Of a DNA stretch of 64,000 bases, positions 1 through 7,394 are shown in pieces (positions within the stretch are counted from its first letter, which is position 1; each line of letters starts with the position of its first letter). The translations under genes and the position numbers were made by a program. The notes beneath the pieces are model-generated. The model searched no databases. It saw only the letters and a list, made by a program, of their open reading frames with translations, and had not been told where the DNA came from. This DNA comes from Candidatus Woesearchaeota archaeon (lineage in GTDB: Archaea; Nanobdellota; Nanobdellia; Woesearchaeales; JAZDKJ01): the NCBI GenBank assembly GCA_043803105.1, contig JAZDKJ010000012.1, forward strand, positions 23,337 to 87,336, in the 5' to 3' direction.

Positions 1-1
1 T

Positions 2-610
2 GTCATTACTGCTGCCAAAGTAAAGACTTTTGGCGAGACAATAGGCACAAAATGCCCAAGGCACGAGCTTACCCTCACTTTGAAAGATGCAACAGTCGGA
101 ACATCAATTAACGCAGATGCAATTAAGGAAAAGATTGCTGAAGAGATGAGGACATGCTATTACAAAATGTCTGGAAAACAGCAGCTTAATCCTTATGCTG
201 AGAGCAAGATGCCTTTTGAAAAACAGAATATCTGCCTGGTCTGCTCAGAGATATCTTTTGCCCCTGACCTTCAGAAAAAGCTTCCGGAAATCAATAACTT
301 TGGTGCTTTCCTGAAGGATTCTAACTATTCATTCATGCAGGTCAAGACAGCAAATGTCCTATGGGCTATTTTTCCAACAACCAAGCAGTACAAAACTACT
401 GAGCTTGGCACAGATTCATTTTCCACAAAGAATGCTTACTACTTGATTTACAATACCGAATCCCCTGATTGGTGGAGGTCAGATAATCTTTTTAACAGGG
501 CACTTCGTGTTGCTCTTGGAGATTTTGCCGTCAGTGACTCTTATTCAGTGATGCTGCTCATGCCCTCTTCTGACATTGGCACTTTGCAGTGCACATCTTA
601 TATAGGCTAG
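2..610 (+). CDS. hypothetical protein, 5' end truncated by window edge (reading frame is open from position 2; listed ATG at 80 is internal)
   Basis: No stop codon upstream in frame to window start; no recognisable motifs. Confidence 0.45.
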   Translation, partial: VITAAKVKTFGETIGTKCPRHELTLTLKDATVGTSINADAIKEKIAEEMRTCYYKMSGKQQLNPYAESKMPFEKQNICLVCSEISFAPDLQKKLPEINNFGAFLKDSNYSFMQVKTANVLWAIFPTTKQYKTTELGTDSFSTKNAYYLIYNTESPDWWRSDNLFNRALRVALGDFAVSDSYSVMLLMPSSDIGTLQCTSYIG

Positions 611-614
611 CACA

Positions 615-1472
615 ATGAAGAAAGCTGAGCTCAAACTGATTGTCATCTTGGTACTTATGCTTGTTTGCATTTCAGTTATGATTTTATTTGAAGGTTCTGT
701 GTCCAAACTTTTTGCAAGTAGCATTGATTCTACTGGCTGCAAGGCTAATGTCATTGAGCATGCTGCTGCCCACCTTAAGATTGTTGACCTGTCCTCAGAC
801 ATTACCTGCCCTGCAGAGAACATCACCCTAAGATCCCAGGACCCAAAAGCCCAGCTTGCTGACTCAATGTACAAGTGCTGGGATAATTGGGGCAAGGGCA
901 AGCTTGACCTTTTTGCTAATGATGGTGTTTATTGTGTGGTCTGTTCCTGGGTTAAATCCAAGGATAAGTCCATGACCCTTACCGGTTTTGACAACTATCT
1001 GTCTACAACAATAATTCCCGGAAGAGGTATAACCTATCTTGATTTTCTTAATGGTTACGAAACTCCAAGGGGAAAAGAGGTTGTTGGCAACCTTCTCGAA
1101 AAGCAATCACAGAATCCCTCTGTCATTTTCGGTGACAAGACCTATTCAGTGATTTTTGTTTACGCGCGCGGTGATGAATTTATCAAGAAATTGTTGGTAA
1201 CCTCTGCCAGCACTGTGGGCCTTCCTGTGATTATTGCTGGCGGCATAATGGTTGTTGCAGGTTTATCAGGGGTTGGTATCCCTTTTGTGTTGTCTGCAGG
1301 AGCCTTGACCGTTGCAGGGTCAGGGACAGCACTCCTTGGAGGTATAGAAGCGTGGTATGAAGCAAAGTTAAGGATGGAAAGGCCTGACCACGTTGCCTTT
1401 GTTGCCTTAAGGGAGTACAATTCCGGCCAGTTGGATGAGCTCGGCTGCAAATCCCTGCCTGCAAAACAGTAA
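615..1472 (+). CDS. membrane/secreted protein with pilin-like N-terminus (MKKA-ELKLIVILVLMLV) and Gly/Ala-rich C-terminal TM segments
   Basis: Short basic n-region + A + long hydrophobic helix, same pattern as neighbours; ORF track. Confidence 0.55.
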   Translation: MKKAELKLIVILVLMLVCISVMILFEGSVSKLFASSIDSTGCKANVIEHAAAHLKIVDLSSDITCPAENITLRSQDPKAQLADSMYKCWDNWGKGKLDLFANDGVYCVVCSWVKSKDKSMTLTGFDNYLSTTIIPGRGITYLDFLNGYETPRGKEVVGNLLEKQSQNPSVIFGDKTYSVIFVYARGDEFIKKLLVTSASTVGLPVIIAGGIMVVAGLSGVGIPFVLSAGALTVAGSGTALLGGIEAWYEAKLRMERPDHVAFVALREYNSGQLDELGCKSLPAKQ

Positions 1473-1653
1473 CTTTTTTATAATGGTCTTTCCAGGTTTT
1501 ATTGATGTTTAATAGGAAGGCTATGGAAAAAAAGGTAATGGAATGGATTGTACTCCTCGCGCTTCTTGGCATTCTTTTGGGAATCATCTTTTACAAGGCC
1601 TATCCTGCCCTGATGTCAAATATCAAGCTTCCGGGCCTATCCTAGGTGAAAAT

Positions 1654-2181
1654 GTGAAGAAAGCAAGTATCTTGTGGGAGCCAATAATGAAGTGGATTAT
1701 TGTTCTAGTTGTAGTTGCATTTGTTTTCATTTTCTTGCTGCCAAAAGTTTTGTACGGTGCAGACAAGGTCTTGTCCTTAATTGGGGTTTCAGGCTCAAAA
1801 TGCTCTTTTACTGCTGCAAAATGCGCAAACTGTCTTTCAATAACCTCTTCTGTGCCCTCAACAATAGAGTTCAGAAAGTCTGACAATTATGCTTCAACCT
1901 CTTGTGAGATTTCTTCATCAACTCTTGCTTTATCCTTTAATGAGAACTTGAAATCACAGAAGGTGGACATCCTGTCCTGTTGCGGCAAAGCCCCAAAAAT
2001 CAAAACAGATTGGACAGGCTCAGCAAAACAGCTTACAATATCTTTGGACAAGAATTCTCTCAAATTCTCAGGCCTGACTTCTAACTGTTATTATCGCCTT
2101 TCTTTCGGCAAAGATTTAATAAGCGAGACCGGCAAGAATATAAGCACTGACCAGGAGGTTATTGTTTTCAAGACAAAATGA
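1654..2181 (+). CDS. secreted Cys-containing protein with class III-like signal; start reassigned to in-frame GTG giving MKKASILWEPIMKWIIVLVVVAF
   Basis: GTG at 1654 restores the MKKA motif shared by adjacent genes; listed ATG 1543 gives an N-extension with no hydrophobic start. Confidence 0.45.
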   Translation: MKKASILWEPIMKWIIVLVVVAFVFIFLLPKVLYGADKVLSLIGVSGSKCSFTAAKCANCLSITSSVPSTIEFRKSDNYASTSCEISSSTLALSFNENLKSQKVDILSCCGKAPKIKTDWTGSAKQLTISLDKNSLKFSGLTSNCYYRLSFGKDLISETGKNISTDQEVIVFKTK

Positions 2182-2456
2182 AGAAGGCTGACCTTTCCAT
2201 GAACATGATTATTCTTGCAGTGCTTGGCATAATCCTTTTGATTGTCCTAGTTGCGTTGTTCACTGGCAAGATTAGGATTTTCAGCAGTAATGTGCTTGGC
2301 TCCTGCGCAGAGCAGGGAGGCACCTGTGCACAACAAGGTAAATGTGATGAAGGCAAGTATATTGCCTGGGCTACTGGCTGCAGTTGTTATCCTCCTGATG
2401 ACAAGGATTGCAAAGACAAAAAGCTCGGCCAATGCTGTCTGCAGGCTCTAAAATGA
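2178..2456 (+). CDS. small secreted cysteine-rich protein (8 Cys) with pilin-like N-terminus MKKADLSMNMIILAVLGIILLIV...LFTGKI
   Basis: ORF; N-terminal basic+hydrophobic helix; Cys-rich C-terminal 50 aa; 4-nt overlap (ATGA) with next gene. Confidence 0.55.
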   Translation: MKKADLSMNMIILAVLGIILLIVLVALFTGKIRIFSSNVLGSCAEQGGTCAQQGKCDEGKYIAWATGCSCYPPDDKDCKDKKLGQCCLQALK

Positions 2457-2683
2457 AAAAAGCTATGGAAATGCTTGGCACAATAATAACTTCGGTACTT
2501 GTGATTGTGGCTATTTTTGTCATGATATTGCTTTTCACAGGAAAGATTGGTATAACAAAAGAGAATCTTTCAAGCTGCACTACAAAGAATGGAGAGTGTG
2601 TGAAGACAGCTGAAGAATGTTCAGGAGGCACTGCCTTGTTCGATTGCCCGTCTTCAAAGCCTGTATGTTGCATTAAACCTTAG
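2453..2683 (+). CDS. small secreted cysteine-rich protein, paralog of the preceding gene (MKKAMEMLGTIITSVLVIVAIFVMILLFTGKI)
   Basis: Internal ATG at 2453 gives MKKA start; shares the LFTGKI motif and Cys-rich tail with 2178..2456. Confidence 0.55.
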   Translation: MKKAMEMLGTIITSVLVIVAIFVMILLFTGKIGITKENLSSCTTKNGECVKTAEECSGGTALFDCPSSKPVCCIKP

Positions 2684-2688
2684 CAGGA

Positions 2689-3135
2689 GTGATAACCGTG
2701 TTTGGAAAAAAAGGTGATGGTGTACTCTGGGAACAAATACTGTATGCTGTGCTTGTAGTTGTAGCGATTGCTGTGATGTTGTATATTTTTGGACCTAACG
2801 CAGCCAGAGCCAGCACCAGCTTTAATAAATACTTTAATCAGGCTGAGCTTACGCAATGTGCTTTGAAAGGTAGCAATGATAAAGATAGGATTGAGCTATA
2901 CTGCAATCCAAACAATAAGGATTATCCGTATCCTGTTAGCTGCGATCCGTGCCTTGGCGCAACAAACACATACGACATGGATGGTGATGGTATGCCTGAC
3001 CAGTGCGAAAAAGACAAAGGCCAGGATGTTAAAAAGACAGAATGCCTGCATGTCAACAAAGCCAAAAAAACACAATGCTGCATGACCACAACTCCCTGCA
3101 ATAATCTTAAAGCAGTAACCATTACCTGCACCTAA
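2689..3135 (+). CDS. secreted cysteine-rich protein (KKG-DGVLWEQILYAVLVVVAIAV class III-like N-terminus; GTG start)
   Basis: SD-like GGAGTG immediately upstream; hydrophobic helix; 11 Cys in C-terminal domain. Confidence 0.5.
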   Translation: MITVFGKKGDGVLWEQILYAVLVVVAIAVMLYIFGPNAARASTSFNKYFNQAELTQCALKGSNDKDRIELYCNPNNKDYPYPVSCDPCLGATNTYDMDGDGMPDQCEKDKGQDVKKTECLHVNKAKKTQCCMTTTPCNNLKAVTITCT

Positions 3136-3136
3136 G

Positions 3137-5152
3137 ATGCCTCTTTACAAGAAAGCCTTCAGTTCTGTGATGATGGAGGTTGTTGTCCTTATCCTGGTGG
3201 TAGTTGTCATCCTAGCTTCCGGAAAATGGACTTATTCTATGGCATCCTCTCTGTTTGGCAACAAGCAAGGCACTGTGGAGAGCTTTGAGATTGTCTCAAA
3301 GAGTATGCAGGCTCTTGCCAATAGTCAGACTGTTTTTGCCTCTGACAATGCAAACCTCATGATTTTGCAGGATAGTTATGTGATTGTTGGTTTTGACAAA
3401 ACTGAGCAAAAGTCTGTGAGTTCCTGCGAGAGCCGCGAGGCCCAAAAGCCTCCTGTCTGTGCTGGTAGCGCCTGCATCTGCCTTTTCAAATTTGATGCAC
3501 TTGATAAGCCTGTGCAGTGCACAATCCTCTATAATGTTGACCGGGTCTTCACAATCAATTATGATTCTGATTACAGCAGCCGTTTTAAGGTTCCTGAAGC
3601 CTATAGCTTCAACTCCCTAGGCTCACAAGCATACATTTTCAATGACAACTACAAATCATCTTTTTCCTCCACAATTCAAGGAGTGTCAAATCCTGCAGTT
3701 AGCTATTCGCATCTTTTCCTCTTTGGCAATTGCCCGAATGAGCATATTTCCAGAAGTTTTGCAGCCCATAACTTTTACATTGAGAAGTTTGTCGACGCCA
3801 CGCAGAAGAAGACCTATTTCCTTGTTGCCTATGCTGATGAATTTACCATTGCGCACTCTGAGGAGATAAGAAAGAAGTTCGGCTCAAAGAGTCCTGCCGA
3901 GTACGAAAAGCTGATTTCCGAGCTTCTTGCGTCAAAAAATCCTGAGCAGGCTGTTGCAAAGTTCTCTGAGTTCAAGGCAGCTTATCCGCTCGCAAATCTT
4001 TCAAATGCAACTTACCAAAAGCTTTTGCAGTACCTTCTTCCAAAGACCTCAAAAGAGGAGTTGGCCATAGCCTTGCAGATTGTTGATGATTATCTCAAGT
4101 TCTTTCCTAATGATGACAAGACTCAGGAGATGCTCTATAATCAGGGCTTGTTTAACATGCTTCTTGATGATGTTGATGCAGCTAAGGAGTCATTTGACAA
4201 GGTTATTGAGACTAATGCCAAGTCTGAACTGGCAAAAAAGGCTGAAGACATGCTGGACGCTGTCTCAATCATAAAAGAAGATCCCGGCCTCACAGGCGAG
4301 TCAAGCCAGGCTACAATTAAGAGGTTAACTGAGGAGATTTCATCAGAAAAGGATGATTCCAAGCTCGGCGAGCTCCATTATGGGCTTGGTGTTGCTTACC
4401 TTGTCGCAAATATTAGGTCACGCTCAACCATTTATCCAAGAGATCTTGCAGTAAACGAGTTTGCTACAGTAATCTCAAAATATCCTGTAAGCGAGTATGC
4501 TGATGTTTCTTGCTACAATCTCGGCCTTGTCTACAGCTCTTTGGCTGAACAAAATGAAAAAGACCATCAAAAGGCTTGTGAATATTTCGCTAAAGTTTAC
4601 CAGGATTACCCCTTTGGCAAGTCTGTCTTTAATGAGGACTTGAGCACTCTTGCTGCTGACAAAATCAAAAGGTTTGACTGCAATGTGGACGAGTATGATA
4701 CATTTGATTCTTCTTCATATACAGAACCTGCTCCTTCTGACGTTTCAACTGATGTCTTAGACCCAAAACTTCAAGGCCTCACTCCTGAGACTGTTGAGGA
4801 CGTCAAGAAATTGCAGACTGCATTGAATGCTAAGTTTGTTATTCATGAGGGCTACGCAACCACCGGCCATCTGCCTGGCTCACTTCATTATGTAGGCAAG
4901 GCAGTTGACTTTCACATCACTGGAACAAGCCTAACATATCTCGAGCAGATCGATGCAATGAATCAAGCACTCATTGGTTTAAAAATTGCAGACAACGGCT
5001 TTGGTATCTATCCTGATTGGCGTAATCCTGGCTTTCACTTCGATACCCGTGGCAAGGTTGCAAGATGGGGCTGGCTCAGCAAGCATGAGGTCTCTTATCA
5101 GGCTGCTCTGGATTACGCAAAGGCGCATGCACCAGCAACTGCTGTTGGCTAG
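3137..5152 (+). CDS. membrane-anchored protein with central TPR-like helical repeats and a C-terminal peptidase M15 (YcbK/MepK-like, Peptidase_M15_3) domain
   Basis: C-terminus HEGYATTGHLPGSLHYVGKAVDFH ... NGFGIYPDWRNPGFHFDTRG matches the zinc-binding SxHxxGxAxD and GxGxY...FxHxDxR motifs of M15A/M15_3 peptidases; N-terminus MPLYKKAFSSVMMEVVVLILVVVVIL. Confidence 0.65.
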   Translation: MPLYKKAFSSVMMEVVVLILVVVVILASGKWTYSMASSLFGNKQGTVESFEIVSKSMQALANSQTVFASDNANLMILQDSYVIVGFDKTEQKSVSSCESREAQKPPVCAGSACICLFKFDALDKPVQCTILYNVDRVFTINYDSDYSSRFKVPEAYSFNSLGSQAYIFNDNYKSSFSSTIQGVSNPAVSYSHLFLFGNCPNEHISRSFAAHNFYIEKFVDATQKKTYFLVAYADEFTIAHSEEIRKKFGSKSPAEYEKLISELLASKNPEQAVAKFSEFKAAYPLANLSNATYQKLLQYLLPKTSKEELAIALQIVDDYLKFFPNDDKTQEMLYNQGLFNMLLDDVDAAKESFDKVIETNAKSELAKKAEDMLDAVSIIKEDPGLTGESSQATIKRLTEEISSEKDDSKLGELHYGLGVAYLVANIRSRSTIYPRDLAVNEFATVISKYPVSEYADVSCYNLGLVYSSLAEQNEKDHQKACEYFAKVYQDYPFGKSVFNEDLSTLAADKIKRFDCNVDEYDTFDSSSYTEPAPSDVSTDVLDPKLQGLTPETVEDVKKLQTALNAKFVIHEGYATTGHLPGSLHYVGKAVDFHITGTSLTYLEQIDAMNQALIGLKIADNGFGIYPDWRNPGFHFDTRGKVARWGWLSKHEVSYQAALDYAKAHAPATAVG

Positions 5153-5194
5153 ACCAAAAGCTTTAATAAATGCGCTTTCTGTTTCTTGCCTTAA

Positions 5195-6253
5195 ATGAAA
5201 AAAAGAGGTTTTGGTCTTAGAGCCAGTCTTGACCCTACTCACCATCTTTATCTTGTGTTATTTGAGTTGTTTCTGGTTGCAATAGTCTTCATTGCCTTGA
5301 TGTCTTATGTCAAGTCTTTGCAGGAAAATACATTGCTTGAGAAGAGCTATCTTTCAAAAGACCTGGCCTTGCTCTCAACTGCAATCTACTCCAGTCCCGG
5401 TGATGTTTTTTACGTCTACACTCATCCAAAGATTGGCTTGCAGCGCTACAATTTCATTTTCCAGCAGGGCTCTGTAATAGTTTCTGATGCATCTTCCTAC
5501 AAGATTTCTTATCCTTATGGCCTAAGCCCTAAGATAAAGGCTTCTTCAATCAGCATTGACAAGCCGATTGGCATCCTTTTCTCTCTTTCCGATTCTAATC
5601 TTTACATCACTGCCTCAACCCTTGAACAAACCATCTCATGCCCTGATGTGGAAACTAAGGCTTCTGGAGATAGGATTGTTGCTATAGATCCTGGCCATGG
5701 AGTTGACACAAGGCTCTCTAGTCCGACCTCAGCCTCAGGTGCAGGCTCTGTCTTTGGCACTTTAATCGAGCAGGACTTGACCAAAAATATTGGCTCAGCC
5801 CTCTCTTACCAGCTCAATCAGGCCGGTGTTAAAACCATCGTTACTAGTTCAGGTGACAGTTTTGTTTCAATGCAGGAGAGGCTTTCCACTGTTTCCAGGG
5901 ATGATGTTTCGTTGGTCATTAGCCTGCATACAGGCAATGAATTGCCTCCATTCAACGGGATTCGCGCCTTCATCTATTCATCCTCTTCCAAGTCATTGCA
6001 GAGCGAAAAGCTTGCCTGCCTTGTTTTGAAGCAGTTTGCCCTCAAATTTCCAGCGATTACCTCTATTGAGTTGAACAGGCTCGATGCCTCAGCACTTGAA
6101 GGTATCGATAATCCAATGCTTGTTTTGTATGGCGATAAGCCTTCTGTGCTGATCGAGATAGGTAATCTCCAGCTTGAATCAGGCTTGTTGAAAGAACAAT
6201 CACCTTCGATTGCAGAGCCTATTGTGAAGGCTATCCAGAGTTACTATGAATAA
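5195..6253 (+). CDS. N-acetylmuramoyl-L-alanine amidase (Amidase_3 family) domain protein with N-terminal membrane anchor
   Basis: IVAIDPGHGVDTR ... VSLVISLHTGN ... GIRAFIYS ... PSVLIEIGNLQLESG follow the Amidase_3 pattern (DxGHGG...DLFxSIHAN...E.Y...VLVELGFxSN). Confidence 0.7.
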   Translation: MKKRGFGLRASLDPTHHLYLVLFELFLVAIVFIALMSYVKSLQENTLLEKSYLSKDLALLSTAIYSSPGDVFYVYTHPKIGLQRYNFIFQQGSVIVSDASSYKISYPYGLSPKIKASSISIDKPIGILFSLSDSNLYITASTLEQTISCPDVETKASGDRIVAIDPGHGVDTRLSSPTSASGAGSVFGTLIEQDLTKNIGSALSYQLNQAGVKTIVTSSGDSFVSMQERLSTVSRDDVSLVISLHTGNELPPFNGIRAFIYSSSSKSLQSEKLACLVLKQFALKFPAITSIELNRLDASALEGIDNPMLVLYGDKPSVLIEIGNLQLESGLLKEQSPSIAEPIVKAIQSYYE

Positions 6254-6881
6254 GAAGAGTGAGATTTCAGATTACATGATTGCCTTTGTTCCTAGGTTTC
6301 TCTTTCTTGTTGTGATGCTTGTCAGCATTTATTTTCTTGTGCACACATATGTAAAGACTGAAGTTGACACCTTTGATGCAGAGTCTGCTCTGTTTGTTGA
6401 CCGCCTGATTTACTCAAGGGATGGGTTATGCCAGATGTCCCAGGGCCAGGTTACTCCAGGAATTATTGATGCTTCAAGGCTTCAATACCTTGAATCCAAC
6501 CTGACCAAAAATATTGTCTATCCTGATTCACGGCACATTGCTGCAAAAGTTTCGATTAAGGATATGGGCTCTGCTGAGCTTTTTTCTTTTTATTACAACA
6601 AGGATTGGTTTGATAGGTGGATTGTGCTCTCAAAGTACTCAGGCAGCAGCGCATCCACTGTTTCCAGGAGGAGCCTTTACTTCCTGTTGAAAGGAAAATC
6701 TGAGCTTGATAAGCTCTTGTTGAAGAACCAGATTTCCGGGCTTCAGTCCGACCCGTTGTTTGCCTCAAGCCAAGAGCTTGTGCCATTGCAGAAGCAGCTT
6801 GATGAGCTTTCCAAAAAGCCTAAAGATGATGCTATCATTCCAGTTTGGCTGGAAATTATTGTGGTGATGCCAAATAGTTAA
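6246..6881 (+). CDS. hypothetical membrane-anchored protein (MNKKS-EISDYMIAFVPRFLFLVVMLV)
   Basis: ORF track; pilin-like N-terminus; overlaps the preceding gene by 8 nt. Confidence 0.5.
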   Translation: MNKKSEISDYMIAFVPRFLFLVVMLVSIYFLVHTYVKTEVDTFDAESALFVDRLIYSRDGLCQMSQGQVTPGIIDASRLQYLESNLTKNIVYPDSRHIAAKVSIKDMGSAELFSFYYNKDWFDRWIVLSKYSGSSASTVSRRSLYFLLKGKSELDKLLLKNQISGLQSDPLFASSQELVPLQKQLDELSKKPKDDAIIPVWLEIIVVMPNS

Positions 6882-7394
6882 GAGAGCTCTTCTTTCACCA
6901 AATCTTCTTGATTTTTATGCATACATAGCTTTCTGCGTAGTCCTGATCATTTTTTTCCTCCTGTTTTCAATAAGTCCGACCAAATCCATTGAAAGCATTT
7001 CCTCAAAACAGATTTCAACAGATTCTGGCCTTATCCTGATTAATCTGCTGAAGACTCCTGCCTCTCAGAGTAGCAGCGTCTCTGATATTCTGCTCACCGC
7101 GTCAGATTCTGATGATTTTAAGTCATTTGCATCATACGCAAAGCCTGTTATTGAGCAATTTGTTGCGTCTAACTTCGATGATTGCTGCTATGAGTTATCG
7201 GTTGTTAAGGCAGGCTCAGCGATTTTTGTGCTGACCACGGAAAATTGTGAGCTTTCAAAATTAAATGAGGTCTCTGCGTCAGTCAGTGTTCCGCCGAAAG
7301 ACCCGAAAAAGGCAGGCCTTGATGTTGTGCTAACCCTTTACAGGTCTTACCTTGTTGGCGGAAACATTGGTGCTACAAGGATGCAGAGTTCAGT

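Noticed and set aside
1543-1653. Listed ATG start at 1543 for the 1543..2181 ORF
   Set aside because: The N-terminal 37 aa are hydrophilic and unlike the neighbours. An in-frame GTG at 1654 restores the conserved MKKA-hydrophobic start. A separate 40-aa hydrophobic mini-ORF (1523..1645, other frame) may occupy the upstream stretch but is unsupported.
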